Part shown: positions 11,706 to 24,925 of the stretch, one piece after another
Numbering within the stretch: the stretch's first letter is position 1
Layout: each line of letters begins with the position of its first letter
From: Callorhinchus milii
Lineage: Eukaryota
DNA: 64,000 nt
NCBI RefSeq assembly: GCF_018977255.1
Contig: NW_024704742.1
Location: 96,660,001-96,724,000, forward strand
Direction: 5' to 3'
Position numbers and translations under genes: made by a program
The notes under the pieces: generated by a model
The model's database searches: none
Told to the model about the DNA's origin: nothing
Seen by the model: only the letters and a program-made list of their open reading frames with translations

Positions 11706-12559
11706 AACTTGTAGCATGTGATGGTCTGAATATCAACCACCTCTAATGCAGAAAATATTATTTCAGTTTTCAGGCAAATTTCATACCAAATGAATAAATC
11801 CTTTATTCATTAATCCATTATTCAACATTATCCAAACTCTTATAATACTAAATCAATGACCGTACCATACATTTATGTTCTGTGAATCTTCATCATGCAA
11901 ATTCTCGAAGTACAGCAGTGGCACTTTAATACCAGATATAATACAACTGCAAAATGGGTTTGTAAAAAGTTCACAGTGAAGTGTGACTATACATAAACTG
12001 AAGGACTATGTCAATAATACTGCAAATTATTTTCAAATAAATAAAGATGGGTTTGAATGCATCTAGAAGCAACTGAGTATGAACCAAGAGTATTTACGTA
12101 AGAATTTACAGCATATGCTATAACTAAGCCAGTGACATTTGAAGTATTAGGGATCTTTCTCCTCCTGTCAGTAAATTAACCAGTCTTTTCCCATAAGCAC
12201 GTTTTATTCTCTATTTTTTGATAATTTACTTATAATCGAATATCTACTTATAATCGAAGATTGCCCATTATAAGAGCAGGGTGTTAGGGTTGGACTGGCA
12301 TGGAGAATTCAGGGTAAATTCAGAAAACAACAATAAGTCAAATGAAAGGTCAGGTTCTTATTGTATAAAACAGGAAAGCTGTGCACTCTCGGTACAACAC
12401 AAAATAATTGTCATCTTTGCTTAGGTGAAATTGGGTTTGCAGAGTAAGATTTTCTTTACAGAGTCAATTTATGGCTGTCCATTTGTTTTTATCATTCATG
12501 TTCCTTACACTATTCACATATTTTGCAGAAATGTTGACTTTTCTGATTGAGAATACAAA

Positions 12560-13060
12560 AACATTAGAAAGCATGGAACACGACAAGAACACTCGGTCCA
12601 TCAAGCCCACTCTTTCCATCGTCAGACAAAATCTATCTCATTATTAACCTCATCCCCACTTTGTCTAAGGGAAAAGTAATCCATAGATGTTCATTGAACT
12701 CAAAAGTAATAAACGCATTCATTCAAGAATATGCATTCATTCATCCCCACATATCACCTCCCCAATACCCTGACCTCATTCCTCCCACAGACATTATTCC
12801 TACTTCTGACCCCAGAAACATAGAAATGATTGTATTCGGTGAAGAGTGTGTTTGTTTAAATGTGCACCTATCCCACTATCTTTCAGTACTGTTCTCAAGT
12901 AAATACTTACCTGATTAGCTGTGAAGAAATGAATCACTGCAGCGTCCATTGTCATTATTGGGTGTTTGTTCCATGCTTCCATTATTTTTTGTAGAATAAA
13001 ATTCGAATATCTAGCCTTCCTTAAGGCTTTTTAAACTTAAACCTACGCTCTTTACTCTTT
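12560..13060 (-). mobile_element. Old CR1 3' fragment
   Basis: CACTCGGTCCATCAAGCC...TGTTCCATGCTTCC pattern typical of an antisense CR1 3' end. Confidence 0.5.
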
Positions 13061-14927
13061 AGATGAGTATTGATAGGAAGTGCCGTACAGAACGTTTCCT
13101 TAAGTAAAAGATTTTCTCAAGCAAACTTTCTCCTAAATTAACTCAGAATTGCCTTCAAAATGGTTTCTCTATTTGGTAACGTAGTAATTACTGTGACATG
13201 CTTTGCAATGTTTTGATGTACAATATAAAATAGAAATTACTTTCTTATTTTTTTCTACAATGGCCAAAATTAGCAGCCACATTATTTCTTTCTGGAGAGC
13301 AGTCCACAATCTGCCCAAGATGTCTCTCCACCCACAAGATGAAAAATCCCACCAACCAACTCGGATCATCTCTTAAAGATGCCTCTCTGTGACAACCTGC
13401 TGGAGAAAGATCTAAGGTAACGAATGCTCTTTAAGAGCAAGAAATGGAAAGAAAACATAACTGAAAATAAATTACTCAGTTGTGCTACAATATCAACATA
13501 TTGCAAACCTTTCAGATGATGACTGCATACGGGAGTTGATATAATTATGGAGCGCCAGAAGTACTGTTGTTGTTGCATAGTCTTTAAATGTTGTGCAGTT
13601 GTCATTTGTCATGTCTTGTTAACAATATGTTGGAGGAGGATTCTTTCATAAAAGGGAATCCACCCACTAAAATTGCTGTTATTTGGGCAGAAATCATAAG
13701 AATTATTTGGCATTCTCACTGTGCCAACCTTTGTAGTAGTGACAGACTGCAAGTAAACATTTCTGGAGCTGATGACCTTACACTGCCATCCAAAGCACAG
13801 AACAGTTAGTTCAACAGATTGTATAAGGCATCGACTTGTCCCACTTGCTGCTCAAAGTATTCATTGAGGATCATGTTTTATCCATCTGTCAGTGTTGTAT
13901 GGGTAGTGCAATGAGTACAAAATGACATGATCATTTATGCTTTTGGGGTGCACTGCATCAATATCTGAAACAATACTTTTGGGGATAATAAACCTATAAT
14001 CAGCGACCTTCACAGTGCAAGCTAAGTAGCAAAGTGTCATCCAATTGATTTTTGCTCATTTTCAGCTTGCAATGCAATATTGAAATAAGAATATATTGTC
14101 AATTTTTTTTTGTATCCTTTTGAAACTGCAGAACCATAAAGCATAGAATGAAGAAAAGCCATTCAGCTCATTCAATTCGCTTTTTCTCCAGTCTGTGCAA
14201 AACCTACTCTATTGTGCATTCCACCCAGCCACTTGTTTTATGACTTAGATGAAAGTTCTGTAGAAATACTCCCTGATATTCACAGATAAGCAAGCTGAAA
14301 ATGCAAGATATTCTGTCTTTGCTATTTACTTCTGGTCTGCCTCCCTTCAGAGATAACATTCCTCACTTCAGTCCTAAAAGAATAGTACCCATTATTCATT
14401 TGTTCATCTCAATTTGGATCACCTATCATTAGAATATCTATGATCATTAGTCAAATACATATTCAATTCTTTCTTAAATAACACACACACAAAAAATTGT
14501 CCACTTACAAGTGTGTGTGTTTCTGTGTGTGTATGTGAGAGAGGAAGGTGAAATCATTCATTTTAAGCCTTTGTACTGTACTAAAGCTCTGTTAAATAAC
14601 TATGTTTACACCCTCACAGACATCCCAATGCTGGAAATCTACATGAAAATAAAAGCTACTGACATTTTCATAGCAGGTTGATCAACAAAATGGCGTAATC
14701 AAAACCAGTTAGCATGAATCGGGAAAGGGTTGTGCTAGAAGCAATGAGGGTTTGTAGCAGTGAGCATTTCTGTAGACAGTACACACACACACACACATGT
14801 ATTCAAAGGTTTCATGCTGAATGAGAAGACATCATTGGGGTATAAGGTGGTGGGGTATAAATTCGACTTAATTATTAGAGAAAGGAGGTGCTTACATAAC
14901 AACTAAGAATAAAAAAAAGTTGGGAAT

Positions 14928-16422
14928 ATGGCAGGACAGCTGAGACTTGTTGTATTCACATAGTGTGCCATGTGGGAACTCCAGGTAGCTTCATTTGTAC
15001 TGGACATCCACATGTGCAGAAAGTGCCTCCGGCTGCTCGAGCTCGAGCTCAGGGTTTCTGAGTAATGCAGTTGTCATTGGGGATTCAATAGTCAGGGGAT
15101 AGTCAGGAAATTGCGAGTAAAATGAAACAGAAAAAGGAGGCTTATAATAAATGTCAGGTTCAAAATACACTAGAGAATCAAGCAGAATACAGAAAGTGCA
15201 GAGGAGAACTGAAAAAGGGGGGCAAAGACAGCGTATGAGAAAAGATTAGCAGGTAATATAAAAGGGAACACTAAAGTCTTCTATAAACATATCGAGAGTA
15301 AAAGGATGGTCAAAGGAAGGGTGGGGCTGATTGGGGACCAAAAAGGAAAACTTCCTGTGGAGGCTGAGATACTGAATGAGTACTTTGCATCTGTTGTCAC
15401 CAAAGAGGATGCTGCCAATGCCACAGTAAAGGAGGAAGAGGTAGAGAAATTGGATAGGATAAAAATAGATAAAAGAGGAAGTAGTAAAACGGTTAGCAGT
15501 GCTCAAAGAAGAAAAGTCACCTGGTCTGGTTAGGATCCATCCTGGGTTGCTGAGGGAAGTTAGTGTGGAAATGGCAGAGGCTCTGGCCAAAATCTTTCAA
15601 TCCTCCTTGGATATGGGAATAGTGCCTGAGGCCTGGAGGGTTGCAAACGTTACACCCCTGTTCAAAAAAAGAGGAGAAACTACAGGCCAGTCAGCCTAAC
15701 ATCAAGGAAACCTCTGGAGACTATAATCCGGGACAAAATTAATTTTCACTTGGAAAAACATAAGTTAATTAATGACAGTCAACACAGATTTGTTAAAGGC
15801 AAATCGTGTCTGACAAACTTAATTCAGTTCTTTGATGAAATAATAGAGGATTGATGAAGGTAGTGCAGTTGATACAGTAGTGTATATGGATTTTCAGAAG
15901 GCATTTGATAAGGTGCCACGTAATAGACTAGTTAGCAAAATTGAAGCTCATGGGATAAAAGGTACAGTGGCAACATGGATATGAAATTGTCTGGGATACA
16001 GAAAGCAGAGAGTAGTGGTGAATGGTTGTTTTTCAGACTGGAGGTAAGTATACAGTGGTGTCCCCCGGGGTCGGTATTAGGTTCACTGCACTTTTTGATA
16101 TACATAAATAACTTGGACTTGGATATAGAGAGCAATATTTTAAAGATTGCAGATGACACAAAACTTGGGAACATAGTAAACAGTGAGGAGGATGGTAGCA
16201 GACTGCAGGAGGACATGGACAAACTGGTGAAATGGGAACCAGTGGTGGAACCGATTTAATAACAACTTTCAAAAGGTATTTGGGTAGGTACTTCAAAAGG
16301 AAAATTTTGCAAGGATATGGGGAAAGAGCAGGGGAGTGGGACTGATTGGGTAGCTCTTCCAAAGAGCTGGCTCAGGCACGATAGACTGGACGGCTTCCTT
16401 CTATGCTGTAATATTCTATGAT
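14928..16422 (+). mobile_element. CR1 LINE, internally deleted (ORF1 zinc-finger/zipper and esterase pieces, ORF2 RT, 3' end)
   Basis: Translates to MAGQLR..CAMWE..HMCRKCLRLLELELRVSE, then AVVIGDSIVRG, then RT segments KSPG..IHP..LRE, WRVANVTPLFKK, FQKAFDKVP, GSVLG, IADDTKLG; ends TTCTATGAT; many stops and frameshifts. Confidence 0.92.
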
Positions 16423-19029
16423 CACATCACAGACCATGGCAAGCTGAAAGTGCAAGATATTCTGTCTCCATTATTCACTTCTGGTGATTGCAGGTGAAAC
16501 CACCCCACGCAAATACACATACTTTGTAATAAAGGTTGGGCACTTCTAGCCATGAAGCATGCCATTGGAGTGCTAATTCCTGGGATATCAGAGTCAGTGT
16601 CTTTTTAACCATCAACCCAATGTTCATTCTGTCACAGCTGATACCAGGCCCAAGAATTGTCACGAAGGGGGTGCATAAAAAAGGTCTAGCCATTTTTGCC
16701 ATCATTTTTACTAGATCATTTAAAATCGTACAAGGTTTATAAGTTACTCGGCAGTAATACACTAAATTCTCTAAACCTTAAAAATGATTACCAAATTCCA
16801 TTGATCCTGTAATTTGTCCTGCAGATTTCTGTTTAATATATCTTGCAGAATATTTCTTTGCATCCACAACTGGTAGCTTCCATGAAGACGAATCATATCT
16901 CATACAACTCTAAACTTTTGTGATCTGTATGTGCATTTATGACTGGTTAATCAAATTTAAATTAGGCCAATAAATGTCACATTAGAAAGGAATTTCTTCA
17001 TATTCTTGTGAGCACTTGTACCTAGAAAAGGGATCTAAAATGACAAACATATTGGATTCCGCCCCCCTTTTGCAATTCCCACTTTATTTTTGAAAATGTG
17101 ATAAGTACGAACCGATCTCTGATGCACCCTATCAATAAGGTAGAAACCATTATCGGATTAAAATGAGAACATTAACTTACCTTTTTGTGTTATTCAATGG
17201 GTTTTTGATGCACTTTTGTACATTTGCTTTTTGCAGGTGTTTTACAGTACTTTATCAATTTAAAATTGCAATCCAGCCATAGCTCTCTGGATAATGTAAC
17301 GGATAACATGCACAAATTGCTCCCTGGGGATGTTTAAACTATTAAAAAGTCTGAAAGCAGACTGTGAGAAAGGGAGGCACAAGGCACAAAATAGGCCCAG
17401 AATGCAGCTCACACACCACAAAACCTATTCTTTTTTTGATCTCACCCATAATTGCACCTGAAAGCTCCCCATACTTCTCAATACATTACAAGAACTCACA
17501 AAATTGCTGCTGCACAGAATGCTTCCTCAAATTCGTTCTGCTTTCAAAAATGTTAAAACCTAAGTGTTTCACCCTAAAAAATCAAATTGTTCTCATCAAA
17601 ATGCACTTTAAATACATTTTTAAATTAGAACTGACAAAATTACCTGGTGCAGCATACAGACAATTAAACTTTCTGTGCATTTATTGTTGGCTACCAGTTA
17701 AAAGGAAGCACTTTCAATGCATGTCCCCTGAACTGAATAGTGGCTATTGCTATCAAAACCACTTACCAAGCTTTTGTTCTCTTGTTTTCCAGAGGTATAA
17801 TGTGAAGGAGTGGGACCGTATAAGGGCATTAACTCAGAATTAATTTCCCTTTTTAGAACAGCAATATAGGCAATTTAATGCTATAATGGCACCTGAACAG
17901 GACGTTTCAGGGTAAACAGGATAATTTTACATGAAAGAACTGAAAAGGGAAGCTCTTAACAGTCTTTGAAAGTCTGTCTTCTGACAGAAGGGAAGTTTCT
18001 CTTCCATTGCAACAAAATATTTGACATGTTGGATATTGTATGGACCCATGACCTGAGATTTTGTCTACAAAATACAGTCAATACATTATGTAATAAATAC
18101 TTTGAGACTTCCTCCTGATATGAAAGGCGCTATAACAAATAATAATAATCCATGTATTTGATATAACGCTTTATCATGTAATTGAGACACGTCAAACCAT
18201 TTAACTGTAAAGTGGATTGATTGTGTATTCTGTGGGCAAAATGTAAAATGTAAGGATTATTATTATTTTACCAAATAGTTGATCAAACTTATAATTTGAT
18301 AGAAAAAACATCAGAATTGGTAACATTGGAAAGATAGGATTTGCGGTGTATTCCTGCACAAAAAGTTTCAGTACAGTACAGGAACTTCCAAAAGTAATAT
18401 ATTTTCCTTACAAGAGCAGAGTCAGCGTAATGTTAATTGTTAGGCATCAGAAGTACATTTTGAAGTTGATTCCATTAGAGAAATAAAACCTTTTTGAAAA
18501 ATCTGATGTTGATAAATATGATGATGTTACATTTCAAAAAACAAGGTACAAACCGATAAAGCTGTTTAATCCTCAGATTAATGTTGACAGGACACATCAC
18601 ACATTGCTTCAGGGCTCGCCTTTTATTAGTGATTTTCCAGACTTTCTCTTCACACAACCAGTCATTTTTGTCCATGATTCTTTTACTGGTGGCAGGTGGG
18701 GAGATTCCAGCAAACCATAGACTTGACATATCTGACCCAGATGCGGATTCAAGTGGATATGTCAATCTTAAAGAGGAATGATCCATGGAGCAGATAAGGT
18801 TAGCGTGCAGAACGTCAAACCACCCGTCATTTCATACAATGCTCTCGGGTTCAGTGCTGACCCAGGATGGTTGGAGCTGCAGATTACTCCATACCTGCCT
18901 TTGTAGGCACTTGCTATTTGTCAGGTAGGAGCATGATTAGAGTGGAGTAAATCAGAAAGGTACAATAATCTCCATTGTCTTCAGCTAAGGAATATGGGGG
19001 CTGATCCAATATTTCTACATTTTTACATC

Positions 19030-19404
19030 GTGGAGTCCTGTAGCTCAGTGGTTACAGAACTCATTTTGCAAGCGAGAAACCTGGGTTCGATTCCGGCAGG
19101 ACGAAATGTTGGGCAAGGTTGCTTACTCCACACGCCTCTGTTTACCTAGCAGTAAGTAGGAACCCGGTAGTTAGTCAATTGGCGGAATGCCTTTCCGGGG
19201 GTAATAATTCCTTCAAAAGAAATAAAAATAATTTGGTCACTCAATCCACACCTGTTTGTGGGACATTGCTGTGCACAATTGGCTGCTACGTTTCACCTAC
19301 AAAATATACAGTCAATTCACTTTACAGCATATTCTGTGAAGCGCTTTGAGACGTGTTGAAGATGTAATAAAACGCTATAATAAAATGCAAGGATCATTAT
19401 TATT
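19030..19404 (+). mobile_element. SINE family A, full-length long subfamily
   Basis: tRNA-like head, CORE-like segment, Deu part and tail all present. Confidence 0.93.
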
Positions 19405-19589
19405 TACCAACCTGGACAGGTGAGCGCATATTATTCTCTTCTGGTCAGAACATCCATCAACTTTGGTAGCTTTGTGCAATATATCCCATGAGGCGCTTAT
19501 ACCACCAAGGTCAAAAGTACCACTAGTGAAACTAGTGAAGAATAACATTCACTTTCCTTCTGTAGGTTTACCAATTTTGTACATAGTGT

Positions 19590-19757
19590 ACGCTTCTCAA
19601 TCCCTTTGCCTTGCCCCCTCTCTCCCCATTTTCACGCTTGAAGACCACTGTGCCTACGGTCACCTTCCCCCCTCCCACTGGATGGCATCAGACCATTGTT
19701 AAGCGCTCCGAGATGCCATCCTGCTTGAAGGCCGCTATATAAATGCAAGTTGTTGCT
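19590..19757 (+). mobile_element. L2 3' end
   Basis: GCCTACGGTCACCTTCCCC...AAGCGCTCCGAGATG...TATATAAATGCAAGTTGTTG. Confidence 0.8.
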
Positions 19758-20114
19758 TCTTGGCTGAGAACTAAAGAAATGACAGACTGAACACTGAAGC
19801 TCAAAGCTTTCTGGTTGAAGATAAATGTTTGTCTATTTAAGATACAGAGTTACTCCATTGTTTATTCATTCATTTGAATCTTTTAGTGTCAAAGGACTGA
19901 AACAGAATGGGCTTGTAGATGATGTGTGCATGGAAAAAAACAATCTGATTTACACAGGCATTAAATATTCTCAATACATAGTCACACTGAGGCATAACAC
20001 AATCTTGTAATTTTCTACTCAGAGCTATTTAATAATAACAATCCTTGCATTTGGTGTAGTGCTTTTTATATCAGCATGACATCTCAAGTGCTTCATAGAA
20101 TTTGCTGCAAAACC

Positions 20115-20495
20115 CTAGAAAGTTACAGCACAGAAGAAGGCCATTCAATCCATCATGGCTGTGCTGAATCTATTAAGAGCAATCCTTTCAGTACCATTTA
20201 CATGTACTTTCCACATACCTCTGTAGTTTACGCTTTGTTAGATATTCACCCAGTTCCCCGTTGAAATCTAATATGGATTCTGCCTCAGCCACTGATCCCA
20301 GTTGGGCATTTTGGGCATTTCATATCCTAACTATTCTGTGCATGAAAATAATTCTCCTAAGCTCCCCATTTGCTGCTTACTAACTATTTTAAATTGAATC
20401 CCTCTCGTCACTGACTCCCCAACCAGTGGAAATAGTTTCCCTCTATTGACTCTATCAAAACTCCTCATAATTTAAAAGACCTCTATTAGATCACC
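20115..20495 (-). mobile_element. CR1 3' fragment
   Basis: ACAGCACAGAAGAAGGCCATTC...CCAGTGGAAATAGTTT...ACCTCTATTAGATCACC, homologous to 24540-24925. Confidence 0.8.
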
Positions 20496-20515
20496 CCCCC
20501 CCCCCCCCCCCCCCC
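20494..20515. repeat. Poly-C run (22 nt)
   Basis: Direct reading. Confidence 0.9.
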
Positions 20516-22339
20516 ACCTAGAAAAAGTCCCGATGTGTAGTGACTGTGTATTTTGTAGGCGAATGTAAAATAAAGCAATCAAAGATAATGTTTTCCTCAC
20601 CTATTTTAAGTCAACGTTTACAAAGATTTTTTTCAAACATAGAGAATAGAAGTGTTTAACGTTTACTGGGGAGCTAGCAGACAAATAGCTGAGCAAAGTA
20701 ACCAATTAGGATGACTGAAAGTGATTAGACAAACCTGCCAAGGAGATCCCATGAAAGACATTAATCGTAGGTTTCAGCAATCTCCACGAGGCCAAGTTTC
20801 CTGTGAAAAAAAGTTAATCAGAGACTGCAGGAGGAGACTCATGAATTCAGAGAATGTGGCTGATCTTTCAACGATGATAGATGAAAGTGACTCTGTAGCT
20901 ACAGACATTTACAAATAGATTCTTTTGGGCTCATCTAATTTTCTTGGGTGCAGAGACAGCGAGGCGGTAATGTGTGCATTATATCTTTTGGCAGCAAGGA
21001 CCACAGGACAAATACAAGCAATACAAAATTGTGGGAGGGCATGAATACTTTTAAATGCAAGTTGAGTTTGAAATTATACCCTTGGCAGGCTGTCAAAAAG
21101 AATCTGTTGAATAATAAAAAAAGAAAGGCAATATTTTAGAGCACAGAGAAAATGGACATTTTTTTTCAGAAGCAGGATTGCTGAGTTGCTTGCAGATGCA
21201 GAACTAATGAGAGTTTCTGAACTGAATCTCTGAGCCTCCTGTTGTCGGTAAAACCCTGTTCTCACAGCGCTGTGGAAAGTACAATACAATCCACATGGGG
21301 CATTAATCGGATTAAGTACACTAATCATTTACCCATTCAGCACTTCAAAGCAGCAACAGGTGAAAGGGCTTGCTTTTTACAGCTATTATCACTTTCTGAT
21401 CAAGGGTTTAATTTAATTATATCAATTTTTTAAAAAAAACATCCTGCTCATTAAAGTATCTGGGACTAATGTCAGGTTTCAATGCAATGGTCATGGGTTG
21501 AGTTTGCTGACCCTTTGTACAGAGACGTGATTGAGTCTGACAGCAAAGATGTGCTCTATCATTTGCAGGCATATTTATCAGCTCTCCAACTATGTGGCAC
21601 TTTTCAGTGCTAGTGAGGCCTGAAACGAGGCAAGGCTTTTCCATCTCTTTGCGCATCTCTGTGTCTTCAATGGTTTCAAATGGCTTGCGCATTAAGTAAA
21701 GCATTGCTTTGAAATCTTACCTTCGCACAGAAGGTAATGGAAAATAAAATGTTGGTATTGATTTTGGCAGTGCACAGTCATTTCAGCATAGCTAAATAAA
21801 AGAGTACATTTCTAAATCGATAGAAAATAATTCTATAATAATAGTTAGAGCACTACTTGCCAAAATTGGCAGTAATATGCATCAGTTTCTGAGCTAACCA
21901 GAGGCATTGCAGTGAATAGAGATCAGAGTTGAAAAAAGGATTGAGGTGGGTGATCATTGGCACGAGGTGGGGGTTTGAGTGGGGCACATACAGCTAAAGC
22001 CTCATAACTGCAGATCTTGCTGCAATCACTACCTCAGGATGTTTTATCCCCACTGTAAGTAAGTCACCAATAAACAAATAAAATAGTCCTACTCCTCGTT
22101 TTATTTTATAACAGTGGTGCCATAACTACTACGTCAATAGAATAGAGATTGTATTCTGGCCCAAATCACTATTTCACTCATTTTCACATCACCATAGCAA
22201 CTGTTTTCTTTTGGGTGGCCTCAGTAAGCCAATATGTAAATAGGTCGTCCTCTCGGTATTGACTTTTTTTTGTTCAACTGAACCATTGCTCTTTAGGGAC
22301 TTGAATTATTTTTTGACATTTATGTGTTTCTTTTCATTT

Positions 22340-22760
22340 CAAATTCGCTCCCCTCAGAGCACTGACTCAGTCTTTCTTCCCTACCCTGCAGCCATTATGC
22401 ACTCGCACTCTGCAATGCCATCTTGGAGACCCTTTGATTTGCCCCCTCCCTCCCCAATTATAAAAACTTAGCTCTTTGACCATGTTTTTAGTCATTGGGT
22501 CACTCAACCCACGACTGTTTGTGGGACACTGCTGTGCACAATTGGCTGCCGCATTCCGCCCACAAAATATACAGTCAATTCACTTTACAGGATATTCTGT
22601 GAAGCGCTTTAAAATGTCTCGAAGATGTGATAAGGCGCTATATCAAATGCAAGAATTATTATCTTTCCTCTCCAGCTTCTTATCTGCCCCTCCCCACCTA
22701 TCAGCTCAGGTGCCAAGCTGTACAAAGCACTTTTGGATGTTCTCCCAACAGGAAAGAAAC
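22340..22760 (+). mobile_element. L2 3' fragment interrupted by a SINE A 3' half (about 22490-22661)
   Basis: L2 ...CTCTTTGACCATG| SINE Deu+tail |...AAGCACTTTTGGATG. Confidence 0.7.
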
Positions 22761-22872
22761 TATCTAAATGAAAATTATATTGTATCTGGGGTAAATATCC
22801 ATACATTTGCACTTCTTTGATAATGAGTACTTTAAAAATATTTTTTCATGTTGAGGCACAAAGATCTTACAA

Positions 22873-23200
22873 TAACAACAACAACTTGCACCTATATAGT
22901 GCCCTCCATTCAGGGCAGCGTCTCAGAGCGCTTAACAATCGCAGAGCCTGACTCCAAGTTGGGGGAACGTGACCATAAGCATGGTCACCTTCGTCTTAAG
23001 ATGGGACTTGAAAAAGAGGAGAGAGGGGGCAAGGCGGAGGGAATGGGGGAAGAATGTTCCAAAGTTTCGGAACGTAGTGGATGAAAGCGCGACCTCCAAT
23101 GGTGGAGTGGAGGGTGCGAGGGACGAGCAGGAGGTTGGTGCTAGTCGAGCGGAGGTGCTGGGAGGTGGATCGGGGAGTGAGGAGGTCAGAGAGGTAGGGA
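22873..23200 (-). mobile_element. L2 3' fragment
   Basis: (CAA)n CTTGCACCTATATAGTGCCC... reverse complement of the L2 tail. Confidence 0.85.
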
Positions 23201-23229
23201 AGCGATTTACAAAGAAACTTGATAGGACC

Positions 23230-23600
23230 TACATATGGACTGATGACTAGCAAATAAAGTTCAATACAGATCAATGCAAGGTACTGCATATAAAACGTTT
23301 TATAAAAATGAAAGTACTCCATGGGTGGAAGATAATTTGCAAATGGGAAGCTAAAAAAGACCTATGGATGTTAGTTGACTCATCTCTCACCACATGAAAA
23401 CAGTGCGAGGCAGCAATAAATAAGGGAAACCGGGTACAGTTGAATTCAGATCCCCACACATGATACTCAAGCTATATATTTCTCTCGTTAGCCACTTCTA
23501 TAGTATTGCTTACAGTTCCTGTTGCTACCATATAAGGGCCTTTCTAATTCTTAGAGGCAGGACAAAGAAGGGCAAGAAGGAAGATGTCCAGTATTAGTGG
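23230..23600 (+). mobile_element. Old CR1-like ORF2 C-terminal remnant
   Basis: AAGTTCAATACAGATCAATGCAAGGTACTGCAT (FN..KCKVLH-like) and AAAGACCTA.GGATGTTAGTTGAC (KDLGVLVD-like). Confidence 0.6.
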
Positions 23601-23629
23601 AAGAACTCACATCGTATAGGTTGACATTC

Positions 23630-23830
23630 CAATTCAGTGCCTGGGAGCACTGCAATGTTGGAAGTGCCGTCTTTCAAATCAGATGTTAAACCAAGGTTCT
23701 GTCTGCTATTCAGGTGGACATTAAGGAATCTGTGGCACTACATGAAAAGAGAAGAGAGTTTCTCCCTGTGTCCTTGCCAACAATTCACCAGATAAAATTG
23801 ACCATTCACCTATAGTTGTATGTAGGACAA
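23630..23830 (+). mobile_element. Older Deu-type SINE body
   Basis: GGGAGCACTGCAATGTTGGAAGTGCCGTCTTTC..ATGTTAAACC...CAGGTGGAC. Confidence 0.7.
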
Positions 23831-24539
23831 AGCAGAATACTGTATTCATTTTAACATTCAATAGCTGATCTAAGAGTGGTCGATTTCTCAGCAGCAGAAA
23901 TCCTCATATTGAAAAGCACAATGGTTTTATTATAAAATAATAATTTGAAGTCTCCAAATTCCTATCCACATCTTGCCAACTTTAAAATAAAGGACAAGTT
24001 TCCCTTCATAATACACATCAGAACCTGGGAAGGTTAAAGCACAAGGCTTTCACTGGCTGATGACACAATGCCTTCGTTATCCTTTACTGATGAATGAAAT
24101 GAGGTCTGTATTGAATTTTCCCAGTAAAACGCTTATAAGGTTACCCAATTCTATTAGACAACATGAAACCAAGCATTTAAACTGCATGAAACAGTAAACA
24201 GACTGGTAAGTGCATTCCAGGCAGCTCCAGCAGGGAAAAGAAAATCAATAGTTTGTAAGAGAAGGTTTTTCAGCAAGACAGATTATCTGACCAGTTTATT
24301 GTAACATCAAACCTACCTTAGCATCCAAACAGTCCTCAAAAACATTGAAAACGGGACTATGCCTTTGTTGTGCCATTTCAGGTGCTTTAGAAACCTATTG
24401 AGAACTATTGGCAGTAATTACTTGTGAAGTGCATTGAGGCACTTTGACATAATGAGACATTAGAAAAATACATCTTTTAGGAAAAAAATACTCTAAGCAT
24501 AAGTGTCTTCTCTAACAGGTTTTATGGAGTTTATAGTAT

Positions 24540-24925
24540 CATAGAATCATAGAATCGTACAGCACAAAAAGAGGCCATTCGGCCCATTGAGTTTGTGCCG
24601 GCTCGTTGAATAGAGCAATTAATGTCAATCCCACTCCCCAGCCCTTTCCCCATAACCCTGCAAACCCATCCTCCTCAAATAACAGTCCACAGCATATTTA
24701 AAAGTAGTTATCGAATCGGCCTCCACCACCCTTTCAGGCAATGCGTTCCAGATTCGAACAACTCGCTGTTTGAAAACATTTCTTCTCACCTCCCCTCTGC
24801 TTCTTTTAGATACTATTTTGAATCTGTGACCTCGAGTCACTGACACACCCACCAGTGGAAACAGTTTTTCCCTTTCCAACCTATCAAATCCCCTCATGAT
24901 TTTGAAGACCTCTATTAGGTCACCT
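24540..24925 (-). mobile_element. CR1 3' fragment, relatively young
   Basis: CATAGAATCATAGAATC terminus; minus ORF 24625-24897 = CR1 ORF2 C-terminus (LFPL..SVTRGHRFK..RNVFKQRVVRIWNALP). Confidence 0.92.

Noticed and set aside
13303..13416. Plus-strand coding exon ending AAG|GTAACG
   Set aside because: Stops in all three frames
17364..17843. 159-aa ORF
   Set aside because: Non-ATG start, no domain-like content, composition typical of a chance AT-rich frame
19030..19105. tRNA-Ala genes at SINE heads
   Set aside because: No proper acceptor stem, and each continues directly into the SINE body
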